A stretch of DNA of 64,000 nucleotides from Basidiobolus meristosporus CBS 931.73 (Eukaryota; Fungi; Basidiobolomycota). Where the stretch lies: assembly GCA_002104905.1 (NCBI GenBank), contig MCFE01000243.1, forward strand, positions 1 to 64,000, in the 5' to 3' direction. Position 1 is the first letter of the stretch, and every line of letters starts with the position of its first letter. The notes below the pieces were generated by a model. It saw nothing but the letters and a program-made list of their open reading frames with translations, was not told the DNA's origin and made no database searches. A program made the translations under genes and the position numbers. Below are positions 49,571 through 61,218 of this stretch, in pieces.

Positions 49571-51448
49571 ATAAAGCAAGGAAAGCACTATTCTGAGCAA
49601 CATAAGTAAGATTGAGTAAAATTACCAGTAACTGTATCATGCCACTGGCATCATGGTAGAAATTATAGTGCCAGATAGTGCCGTAGAGTGCCAGATCAAT
49701 CCGGCACTATAAACCGGCTGGCACTATGTGGCACTATCCAACGGAACAAGTCTATTCAATATATCATTAAGTGAAAACCACATAATCTACTTGTCCTCCC
49801 TAATAGCTTCCAATATCTCCAAGACTCTTACAACATTTTGTAATTTGTTATAATAGAGCTATACCAGACCAGTAGTAAGCCATGGTATGGCCATAATAAT
49901 GCCAACAGAGATCCACATAGAGGCTAGCACAACACAGTCAAGTTTCTCCCCATATAAGGCAACTTCCCATATTGGCCAGCTAGGTCCAGCATATATATGT
50001 ATAGACTGCATTAGAACCTAATTGATGCCATGAGGGCCGCAAAAAAGACCTTGGGACCTTCCAAGCATATCCTACAGGATTGTTTTGCCAAGACTATGTA
50101 AAAGTATTAAAACTACTTTTGTATTTGATAAATCATCAAGTGAACACTGCATAATCTACTTGTTCTCACAATCACTTCCAGTATCTCCAAGACTCTTGAA
50201 ACACATCTGAGGTTTTAATAAAAATAGACCAATCAGTGTACATTTGAAGTACAAGCACCAGTTGAGTCAGTTGATAGGTAGTGTGCCAAATAGGCAATAG
50301 TCAACTAATGTACACAAGCAGAGAAGTGTGCTGAGTCACTGCTATCAGGAGGGAAAAGCAAAGGCAGGAAATCAATTAAAAGTGACTTGGCCAAGTTTTC
50401 ACTTGGACAACTTGCAAATTGAATTTGCAACACAAAGTGCCCATTTTCCCCCATGGTTTTTGAGTGGAGTCATATTGGCATTGGTTTATTGTAGCACCCT
50501 TTTGAGCCAATCAATGCAATCACCTCTCATAAGGAGCTTCAGTACCTCCCCCAGTCATAAAAACTTTACATAACAATAGTCATTTGGTAGGAACATCAGG
50601 ATTGTATTTGCAAGGCATTGGAAAATGCACTGTGGATGTCCATGAAAAAGAAACTTGGGAAGTAAGCAGTTTTTAATCCTAGCTAAAGAGATTTTGATCC
50701 CATCAAGGGTTCAGGATCAGGGAGCAAACAAAAGTAGGGTGAACCACTTGATGGAGGCTTGTTGGGTATGAGAGTGCAAAATTGCACCAAGGTTTGTGTG
50801 AATATTTGGGATACAATTGGGTGTGACAACATCACCAGATCATGGAATCAGGACTTGTGAGCGCCTTTGACTGCATTATTTCAATCCTATCCTGTAGGGT
50901 ATATCCAAAGACCCATGGTATCATTTCATGCAAATGTGACTTGCAATGAACCAAGCTTGCTGCCTTCCATTGACTGTGTTTGGAAAGTAGCAACACAGTC
51001 ATCCATACCATATATGGTCCGGGAGGAAGCTTGTCAAGGTAAGTGTATGTGGATTTTCAGTTGAAGCATCAAGACTCGGTAATGGCACAAAATACAGTTC
51101 TGGGCAGTCTTCCAAGGGATTCTTAACTTTATGCGGAGTCACCAATGAAATCTGGCGGAAGCTTGGGGAATTGCTAAGGGAACCAAAACATCCCTTTTCC
51201 TTGTATGATAAACACCTAGAGAGCCCTGATTGGGATGGTGTGCGACAGGTAGAAAATTCCCCTACGAAACTAACCGTAACCCGTATCATCGGCCTTGTTG
51301 GGATGGATGTTGAATCCATCGTTTAGGAGGATCCCAGTCGAAAGCGACCGATGCTTTCGATGACTTCGACAAGGAGCACCTACCTCTGCACCAGGAATCC
51401 CACTAGAGTGGTCCGATGCATCCCCATCAAGCGGGAATGTATACATCC

Positions 51449-51475
51449 ATATATATATATATATATATATATATA
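51449..51475. repeat. (TA)n microsatellite near the TE/gene boundary
   Basis: About 13 AT units read directly. Confidence 0.95.
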
Positions 51476-52649
51476 CCAAAGGGATACCCGGTTCCGTTCA
51501 AAACCACACATCCAGACTTCAACAGCCAGGACCAGTAATGTGGAACAAGGTATTAACAACCATTCATGGCCTTCGGAAGACGTTCACCCTGGGGAATTCC
51601 ACCACATACGCCTGATGTAACATCTCTCCCAACACACCTTCTGATGCGTGCTTCCTAAAAACCCTATCGACCGAAGATTTACTAAATCAACACCGGTTGC
51701 CCGGACGTATGCAGCCGTGGGTCACGTGACACGACCGGGTAGGATATCCCCGAGATTGGATCGAATGCTGGCAGCTACGGCACACCAACCTGGCAGGAGC
51801 GTAAAAAAAAAAAAATGGAATCACGAACGAATAGGCAAACCACCAGGCTACCAGCCAAGATCACGGATGGAAATTCGATGCCAAGAGGTTCGGGATTTCC
51901 GAGAATGGCACCACCATCTGGACGGTGACTCTTCGGCTTGGGATCTTGCTGGGCTACCCAAATGGTGAAACCACAGCCTAGAGGAGCCAATTCATGTCCG
52001 GCGAGGTTGAGTCGCCCAGGTTGGGTTACCATCTCATCACCCATCGACAGCTTCGTGTTCGTCGGTAGCTAGTCTCCAGCGAATACGGTTGAAACGTATT
52101 TGGTGGGGGGCCGGCCGAAAAAGGCAATCAGGATTCCGCTTGATCCACCACCCTGTGTACGCTCGAGCTGACCCATTATCACTTTCGCGTCCATCGCCGC
52201 ATCCGCATCCACATCCACATCCGCCCCCACCCCTACTTCCACCACTTCCTCAATCCAATATCACCCTCATTGATAAGGCACCTTCTAAACCCGTTAGAGT
52301 GGAAAGATCCACCGACCAGATGGAAGGTTATGTGAGTTCCGGGCCAAAAGTGGTCATATGGGCGAATTTGGCCAAATGAGGGAGCCATTAATTGGCTACT
52401 AAATATGGGGGGGATATTCTATTCGCAATAGAATAATAAGGTTGAATCAGGGAGAGCTATTTAAAGCCGGCCCGATTAGGCAGTTCTCAGTCGGTTGCAT
52501 CATGATGAATCGCTTACGCTATGGATTCGCCCGGGTTGGGTTCAAGACTTCTGCCAACCACGCCTCTAATGGCACACGACCGCACATTCACTTAAATCAA
52601 CGAAATCGTCCATCTTTTCCGGTTTCCAAATCATCTAATCATCGAACAA

Positions 52650-52764
52650 CCTTCGCCTTCCCCTTCCCCTTCCCCTTCCCCGTACCGTTACCCATACCCA
52701 TACCCTGATCCTTACCCTTACCCTTACCTTTCCCCTTCCCCTTCCCTTTCGCCCATTCCCATCC
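52650..52764 (+). repeat. Degenerate C-rich hexamer tract (CCTTCC/CCATAC/CCTTAC...) immediately 5' of the Sel1 gene ATG
   Basis: About 19 hexamers, mostly in register. Confidence 0.85.
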
Positions 52765-52767
52765 TCT

Positions 52768-53691
52768 ATGGAAAAGATAAAGCAAGCGTTCAGAAGGAAA
52801 TCCTCCCGAGTCTTCGCGAAACTAGATAGTGATGGGTTGAACGTGCCCCCGATCCTACACCGAAACCCTTCGGCCGAACTCTGTGCCGCTAGAGAGAAGA
52901 TCACTTGCGACTCGTTCAACTCACTACCGGAGCTAGTCCCGAACAGCAGTCGGGAGTCAAGGTCGGAATTCCCCGGCCGGCCCTGCCTGGAACCCCCTTC
53001 CCTCTACGTCAGCAAGCCCGAGGATTTCTCGGACTGGGTGCCACACGAGAGAGAGAAGACGAAACAGGGACAGGGGCAAGGGCAGGTCGACCTGGCCGAC
53101 CAATACGTCCAACTCGCCATTCAGAGCCACGAGAAGAACGAGCTGGAAAAGGCCGCGCATTTCTTCCGGCTCGCCGCCTGCCAGGGCTCCCCCATCGGGT
53201 TGTTCCTGTACGGAATCTCCTTGCGTCACGGATGGGTAAGTGGGGTTTGTTGAAGTTGGAGAGGTTGCTCACCACCGTTTGCTCACTCGTTGTCCGAACT
53301 CGTACAGGGCTGCAAAGCGAATCCCACCGCGGCGTTCCAGTGTCTGCAGAAGGCGGCGGAGTGCGCCGTGTTCGATTTGAATCACATCACCCAGGCCTCC
53401 AACCTGTGCGTGGCCAGAGAGGAGCTCGTGCTGGCCATCCACGAGCTAGGGGTTAGCTTCCAGAACGGCTGGGGGGTGGTGAGGAACAAGACCACCGCCG
53501 CGTACTACTTCGAGATCGCCGCCAACCTGGGGGACCCGGACGCGCAAAACGACCTGGCGTTCTGCTACCTGCACGGGCACGGGGTAAAGAAAGATCGCTA
53601 CAAAGCGGCCAAGTATTACCGCATGGCCCACGCGCAGGGTATGGGCGTGGTGGGAAATAGCTGGATATTCAAGGAGAAATACGACCCTTGA
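52768..53691 (+). CDS. DSF2: Sel1-repeat (HCP-like) protein of the DSF2/Nif1 family; exons 52768-53235 and 53308-53691
   Basis: LFLYGISLRHGW|GCKAN, ELGVSFQNGWGV, DAQNDLAFCYLHGHGVKKD, GNSWIFKEKYD; GT-AG intron in frame. Family call from motif recall. Confidence 0.8.
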
Positions 53692-54311
53692 CCTATTCAA
53701 CATTCGCTAATACTCGTACATATCTGTCCTATATTCATTGTATTCCACTTCTTTTGTTTCATATTCGACCCAGCATTTGTATGTCATTTAATTAAACCCT
53801 TCATGCTCTCGGTAGCTAATCTCATCCCAAGTTGCAAGTGGTTGGTGGCTGGTGGGGATAGATGCAAAGAAGGGGTTGGGTGCGGGTGCGGGTGTGGGTG
53901 TTGATGTGGATGTATGGGCTTCATCGTGATTCATCTACGCATAAATATGCGGAGTTGCGCGTTGCCATGGACAACGGCCAGGCAGCTCGAAGGGGAATTG
54001 ATGATCACCTCATCAGAATTACCATGGATATAGGATCGAGATTGGATGGAGTGGGATGAGCTAATTAAGGGAGAAATGAAATTGGCCATTCAGGTGAATT
54101 CCCTCCCACTTCTCACCACCCTCACCCACACCCACACTTCATTTGCGGTAACGATTTTCCCATATCCTGACGAACCACCAGAGCCAAGTGGACCCTCCAT
54201 TTACCACTCCCCAACCTTGCTGCATCCATTTGAAGAGAAATAGCGGCTTGCAGGGCGAACCACCCATTCGTCGCCTCCCTGAAGAGTAAATAGAAAGCGA
54301 AGCTAACTAAT

Positions 54312-57300
54312 ATGGAAGTCCCGGAAATTATCCAGGTTTTGCTGGCTGATGGAAGAGTCAAGGCGGCACTACTCACTGCAAACACCACAGCACAAGAGCT
54401 GATGACCAGTATACTAGAAGAGGCGGCCGCAGATCCATCAGAACCATTGGTCAACGAGAATTATGACCCAAAAGATTGGCTGCTCATTGCGTTACCCATA
54501 GTAACTTATGCAAACAGTAAGTGTCCACAAGTGAGATGGAGTGTCAAGTCACTGACCAAAAGTCGAACCTGAATTGTTAGAATGCTGGACTGAGGAGGAG
54601 CTTCAAAAAACCGAGGAAGGTAGGCGGCCGTTTCTTTCTTTCTTCTTCTGGCAGGTCTGTTAAGCGGGCTGGCAATTTTAGAGCGTATCGTCCGGTCGAA
54701 CGCCAGAATCCTGGACGAGATCCAGCTCCTTAGTGAGTGCGGCAAAGATAAGGAGCCTTCCACCAGCCCTTTGGTACACGACACACATGCCTTCTCTGAA
54801 CATCTGCATGTGCCCAAGTTCAAGTTGGTCAACGCTAATCACACGATACGAACCGCATTTCGGGATGTCCCGGAGATACCGGACAACTACACTAGAGATA
54901 TTTACGTAACCCCAACAATGTCGGCAAAATCGGTGGTCCAATGCTTGGTCGATGAGTTCAGTTTAAACAAGGCCAAAGATAAGGAGTCGGGCAGTCAGGG
55001 AGACTACGTGCTCTACGAGGTGGTGGTATCGGAGAGTGGAGCAGAAAGTAAGCTTACAGTGATGGGATTCTTGGCGGGACCTATGGATTGACATTGATTT
55101 CAGATATCAGGCAGCTGGGGGACAACGAGCTTCCCCTGATACTCAAAGAGAAGACCTCCTCGTCGTTCGAATCGAACGCCATCAACGATTACTACTTTTA
55201 CATAGGAGTCCCGGAGTCGTGGTTCTCTAGGGCAACCAGATTCACCAAGGCATATCTGAAGAGTCCGTCCCAAAGGCCCCTTTCTGTATACACATTGTTT
55301 GGCGGGTACTCCAGCGGGCCCACGTCGCCAACCTCCTCCCCTACAACCAAACATATGTCAGTAGGATCGCAAATCCCCCCGGACTTCGACCCCACGAAAG
55401 TAAAAACCTGGATCAATGGTGATCTGGTGAAGGATCGCCGTTCGGGCGTGCACGACAAATCCCGCAATTCACTATACCTGGGCGACACCAAACGCATGAG
55501 CGTGGTCAGTAGGAAAAGTCCACTCTCCCAGATGGAGCCCGGCCTGGAGGATGGAGACTACTTGGACGACATGACTGAGGAAGAGCTCAATGAGGCGTTC
55601 CTGACATTGATGGTAAATCCAGGATAATTTGATGCTTGTGCGTGATGGCTTACTAACCTGTGGTTGGTCGTCCGTAGGACGAGCTTGAGATGAAAGAGGA
55701 GCGTAGAGAAGCCGCTATGAAGATGCCCGCTGAGTCCAAAAAGATCCTGATTCGGCAGAACGAAATTAAACGGATGTCCACCGAATCGCTGATACAGTCC
55801 CCGGCGGTGAGCAGACGAAACAGCTTGCAGCAGCCGGCTGTGACCAGATCCGAGAGCTCCAGTACTCTGACAGAATCTCGTGTCGACAGTCCCTCAGCCG
55901 AGTCTTCATCGTTCCTCTTTGAGAAGCCGGAGAAAGCCTCATCTTATGGGTTTTTCTCCTCTTGGTGGGGGCCAACCGCCACCAAGTCTGAAGCCACTCC
56001 AGAGCATTACATCGACCAGATCACCCAAAAGTAAGTCTGCCCGATGGCGACAAATCCGAGCCCCGGCTAACCCTTCCCTGCAGGAACCCCAATCTCCGTA
56101 TTCTGGTCAAGGATCTTCTGGCTCTGAGAGTTACGCTGTCTACCGCGCCCCTGACGTGGATCCGGGGTTTTCTAGAGGACAAGCGAGCGATCGCTGCTTT
56201 GGAGACGCTTCTGGAGCGCAGCACCATCAACAGAAAAGGGTAACGAACACTTGGGGGTTTAGAAGTGGCGAGCATCAACTGAAAGCCACCATTTATTTGT
56301 AGAAACGGCTCGACCAGAGGCTCGGACGTTGACGAGGATATTCAAATGGAATGCATCCGGTGCTTAAGAGTGCTGCTAAACACAGAGGTAATGAGACCAA
56401 CCACTGGTCCTGTGGGAGGCTGTGGAAACTGACTGGTTGACCTATTGCAGGCCGGATATTCCCAAGTCCTAAAATCGGAGAAGCTGACCGTATACATCAC
56501 CTACTGCCTGTACACGACGAGGAACAAGCTGAGGAATCTGGTGGCCGAGGTGCTGGCTGCAATCTGCATTCTCTCCAGCAACGGACATAAGGTAGTGCTC
56601 CATGCGTTGTCCGAGTTTCGCATCGCTTTCGAGGAGAAGTTTAGGTTCGAGTATCTTGTGGAGTCATTGCGGGAAGAGGTTGAAGAGGATAACTCGGGGG
56701 CTTATGAGTACAAAACCACGTGCATGTCTTTCATCAATGCAATAGTGAATTCCCCGGAGGACGTGGAGGAGAGAGTGATGCTGCGCGACGAGTTTGCCAG
56801 AAGAGATTTCATCAACGTTCTGAGCTCGCTCCGTAGCTCTTTGCCCCCCGACGGACTTCTGCACCAGATCGATGTGTACGAGGAGGAAATGCTGGAGGAC
56901 GTCAAAGAGCTTCAGGACCTGCTCGTCTTGAAGAACTATGACCCCAGCGATCCGATGTACTCCGTAGTGGATCTACTGAAGAGGCTGGATCCGGACATGC
57001 CGATCTACGATACTGTGTTGAGCACGTTGCAGAACATTTTGGCCATGGCCAACTCCGAGGCAACCGACGAGTGGAAGTCTGATGTGTGGTCGCTATTGGG
57101 TAGATTCGCCAATCACCTGTTTTATATGGGCGATGTCCACGAGGACTGGCCTCACATCTTGAAGGAGTTTCTCGCATCGATCCAGGACATTGTCGCCAGA
57201 GACGGGAGTCCAGCCGACTCGTCAGACAGTAGTAGCCTGCACGGTTCACAGAACGCCTCGGTTTTGGTTGAGGAGTTGACTGCGCAAGTGAAGAAACTTG

Positions 57301-59889
57301 ACGAGGATAACAAGAATCTCAAGGAGGATCTCTGCTTCTTTAGAGACCTTTATGCCACCAGAAATAAGAGAGTGAAGAGTGGATCGAGTGAGCATTTTCC
57401 CGGGATTGTGAACCGGCTGCTCCATGAAAAGAAGCAGGTGGCCCGATTGACCGAGCAGATCGAAAAGATGACCAAGACCCCTGGGGAGGCCATCGATTTA
57501 TCGCTCCTGGAGGATCGAAAGGGAAGACCAAAGGAGAAAGACAACAAGTGGTCGGCGATTATGGAGGAGCTAGAGAAGCAGAGGGAAAACACTGCCGAAC
57601 TAACCAATCTCGCTGAGAGTAGGGCGAAAGAAATCGCCTATTTGAAAAGAGCGCTCGAGGCAGTCTGTGCTCGGTTCCACTTCAGCACGGGGAATGTGAA
57701 GCGGTTGATGGAGGAGGAGACAGCCGCAGTCGTTGCAAGTCCTTCGAATCTGCTGATGCTCGAGGCGGCCAATGGTAGTACCACCTCTCTGAGCACCATG
57801 TTCGAGGGATTGGCTGAGAAGGAACAGGAGATCAGTAGCTTGAAGAAAACCATTGACTCTATGAAGAAGGAGATTGATATGGGAACCGCCTATCACAACG
57901 AGATTACTGCTCTAAGAGAACAGCTGGACGAGGCTAACAAAACCATTAAAGACTTGCAAGTGCCTATCTCAGCCTCCCCTCCTGCCCCTCCCCCTCCTCC
58001 ACCCGCCCCACCTGTTAGCACAACGCACATGAACCAGTCTACCGCTCCTCCGCCTCCACCCCCTCCTCCACCGGCACCTGTGCTTCCAAGCATAGCTCAG
58101 AAGGTGGCGCAGCTTCAAGCCGCGAAGCAAGTTGCATCGCACCAAGGTAATGGCATTCCTCACCCACCCCCACCCCCACCCCCGCCTTCAATGCCAGCTG
58201 GTGCAGTGCCTCTGCCGCCGCCACCACCACCACCACCACCATCAACATCTATGGGCGGAGCACCGCCCCCACCCCCTCCACCACCACCACCAGGACCCTC
58301 CATGATCAATTCAAAGCCCGGACCACCCCCGCCACCACCACCACCCACCATTGTTGGGTCGAGTATGACTGGATCGCCTACTACACCTACTTCGAAGCCA
58401 TTGCCCACCATGCCCATGCGCCAAATATTCTGGAAAAAACTGGCACCCTATCAAACCAAGAACACGATCTGGCACAAGGTGACCTTCGAGGAGATCTCGC
58501 TGGATACGGCGGAGCTGGAGGAGCTCTTCTCCAAGCCGGCAAGTAACCCCAAAGCGAACCCCTCCCAACCAATGAAATCCCCCCAACAAAGAAAGAAACC
58601 ACTGGCCACCACGCTGCTAGACATCACCCGGGCCAACAACATTGCCATCATGCTCTCCAGAATCAAGGCCACCTACGGCGAGATCTGCAACGCGATCTTG
58701 GCCATGGATGAGAGCCTGTTGTCCATCGAGAATCTCAAATCCATCAAGCAGCACATCCCGCAAAAGGAGGAGCTGGAGACGGTGCGCGCCTACGACGGGG
58801 ATCCCAGCACGCTGGGGAATGCGGAGAAATACTTCCTCGAGGTGATGCGCATCCCCAGGATGTCGGAGCGACTCTCATGCATGATCTTCAAGCGACGGTT
58901 CGAGCTGGATGTGGAGGAGTTGAAGCCGGAGCTGAAGATCCTCTTCGAGGCGGTCGCCGAGCTGAAGAAGTCCGATCGATTCTTGGTGGTTTTACACACG
59001 GTGCTGAGCATCGGGAATTTCATGAACGGGAACTCGTTTCGTGGTAACGCCAGCGGGTACATGCTGGACGCATTGCTGATGCTGAAGGATGTGCGAGCCA
59101 AAGACGGAAACAAGAAAGGAATCCCCTCATTGTTGCATTACCTGTGCTACCAATTACAGGAAAACAACCCCAAACTCTTGGCATTCATGGAACAGCTGTC
59201 ACATGTAGAGGCAGCAGCCCGGGTTTCAGTGCCTTCTGTGGTCAGCGCTATCGAGGTTCTAGAGACAGGTCTCCAACAGGTTCAAAAAGAAGTCGAGGAG
59301 CTGACTAACCGCAAAACCGCCGATAACAGCGACAGGTTTGTCCCCGTCATGACGGTAAGCACACGCTCCCACAGGAAGGTAGCCTTGTATCTTGTCTAAC
59401 CACCACGATCAGGAATTCATTCGCTCCGCCGAGAGCACGGTCAAGACCATCTCAGATATGCGGGTCAAGCTGGAGAAAGAGCTGAATCACATGTTAACCT
59501 ACTTTGGGGAAGACCCGGCCACCACCAAACCGGAGGATTTCTTCGCCACCATCGTGTCTTTCTCATCGGCCCTGCAAAAGGCCCATAAGGAGAATGAGGA
59601 GAGGAAGCAGAAGTCCCTGCGACGTCGCCAGAACCTGATCAAGAAGGTAGAGCCCGGGAGACTGCTGTGTGCATTGTGCATGATCCACTTACTAACCTCC
59701 ACTCCACAGCCTACGGCGAAAAAGCCGCTTATGGGGCCCAAGATCATGGTCCAGGGAGAGTTCGACGACGCCATCCGTGAACTTCGGTTTGGGATCCGGC
59801 GGAAAAGAAGCGATCGACCCAAGTCCGCCGTTCTCAACGATCTCAGTCTGCTGGATAGCTTGATTAAGAAGCCGATGCATGCAACTTGA
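54312..59889 (+). CDS. Diaphanous-related formin (RA-like x2, GBD/FH3, coiled coil, FH1, FH2, DAD); exons 54312-54516, 54581-54619, 54655-55047, 55104-55612, 55678-56030, 56084-56239, 56303-56387, 56451-59354, 59413-59646, 59710-59889
   Basis: LRVTLSTAPLTWI, ECIRCLRVLLNTE, poly-Pro FH1, RANNIAIML, LSIGNFMNG, GEFDDAIRELR..RRKR; all introns GT-AG and frame-consistent. Confidence 0.92.
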
Positions 59890-60208
59890 TTCTGAAACCA
59901 ACACTCGGTTGATTGAACCACTGCATGTCACTTGACGTCACCCTAGCCACCACCGTACCCATCACCATCACCCCAGCTCTTAACAGCCACCACCCTCACC
60001 CCAGCTCTTAACAAATACCCGTCTGCAGATCCCACCACTCGCACAATGTATATTATATTCAAGTAAATGATTACCGCAATTTGGTTGGAAAATGATGGAA
60101 ACAGTAGCGATCTTCCTCTCCAGGATTGGCAATATAATACGGCATCCATTGACCCCTTGATATCTGGCCCATAAAAAGCCCACGTCAAGCCATCACCTTC
60201 ACAGCGCA

Positions 60209-60877
60209 ATGTCTCAAGACAACCAATTCCAACCTCCGGGTGGCTCCGCCTCTCGCGGTCCGTGCCCAGCGCTAAATGTCCTTGCGAATCATGGCTATTT
60301 CCCGCGTGACGGTAAGAATCTGGACAGGGAAACCATCATCAACGGCCTGACAACCGTCTACAATATTGACCTGGGCTTTGCTCAGTTTCTCGCCGACAGG
60401 GCGTTAGAGCTCCTGGGTACGAAGAATGACAACGGGAACGTGGTGCTGGAGGACCTGGAAAAGCTGTCCACCCACAATGTAATTGAGCACGATATCTCAC
60501 TCTCCCGACTGGACTTGAGTCTAGGGGACAACAACAACCCCAACGCGGAGTTGGTGGAGCAAGTAAGTCAGGCTTCGAAAGACGGGTTCAGCATGACGTT
60601 TGATGACTTCGCCCAACTGCGAAGGCTCCGTTACGACCAGTGTAAGAACAACCCGGGCTTGACCTGGAACCTCAAGCAAAAAATAACCGCCTACGGCGAG
60701 TCTGCTCTCCTACTAAACGTGTTCGGCGACGGGACTACCACAAAGAGGTCGGAGCTGGACACGCTCTTCAAGGAAGAGAGGCTGCCGGAAACGTTCGTCA
60801 AACCCGAAAAACCAGTGACGTTTAGCCAGGTGCGCTGGACTGCCTTCAAGCTACTGTTCAAGAATAGATTCAAATAA
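60209..60877 (+). CDS. Heme-thiolate peroxidase / short-type unspecific peroxygenase (Peroxidase_2), intronless, no signal peptide
   Basis: SRGPCPALNVLANHGYFPRDG (proximal Cys) and IEHDISLSRLD (EHD-S). Confidence 0.92.
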   Translation: MSQDNQFQPPGGSASRGPCPALNVLANHGYFPRDGKNLDRETIINGLTTVYNIDLGFAQFLADRALELLGTKNDNGNVVLEDLEKLSTHNVIEHDISLSRLDLSLGDNNNPNAELVEQVSQASKDGFSMTFDDFAQLRRLRYDQCKNNPGLTWNLKQKITAYGESALLLNVFGDGTTTKRSELDTLFKEERLPETFVKPEKPVTFSQVRWTAFKLLFKNRFK

Positions 60878-61218
60878 AGACCAGGCTCTTTCCTCACCTC
60901 CTCACCTCCTCACCTAACGACACGATGGTTGAGTCTCTTCAGTCCTAAGCCCCCCTGTGGGTTGGCATGAATGTTGACCCGGTTCGGAAAGGTATCCGGA
61001 ACGATACCTTGGGATCATCAGAGATCTTTGATTCACACCCATTGTGTACGAAATCAGGGGCCCTTTGTTAGCGTACCATATGAATTTCCATCCACCCAAC
61101 TTCCCTCTTTGATCAGACAACCAGTTTGTTTGAAAAGCTGAAGTTAAATAAAGTTCCGGTCACCAAGTTCATGTTAGCGCGCTCCGATTAGCAGTCTACC
61201 CCCAGCACCCTACTTGGA

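Larger units (their letters stand above)
46353..49753. mobile_element. Intact PIF/Harbinger-like (PHIS) DNA transposon, 3401 bp, two divergent ORFs
   Basis: TIR AGACTTGTTCC (11 bp perfect, extending imperfectly to GTGCCA); TSD ATT/ATT; both ORFs open. Confidence 0.95.

Noticed and set aside
50330-50870. Possible Gypsy RT fragment (EYLGY-like)
   Set aside because: A single weak motif; too degraded to call.
1-51000. RIP as the cause of repeat decay
   Set aside because: Differences between LTR pairs and paralogs include many transversions and indels, and CpG loss dominates; no systematic CpA-to-TpA pattern is visible by eye.
51270-52710. Short ORFs between the TE field and the DSF2-like gene
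   Set aside because: Low-complexity translations of repeats, with no recognisable domain or consistent splice model.
52705-52730. Interstitial telomere (CCCTTA x3)
   Set aside because: Only three units inside a broader degenerate CCNNNC tract; not TTAGGG.
56664-59931. Many antisense and overlapping ORFs, including poly-Gly, within the formin
   Set aside because: These are shadows of GC-rich coding sequence and poly-Pro codons.
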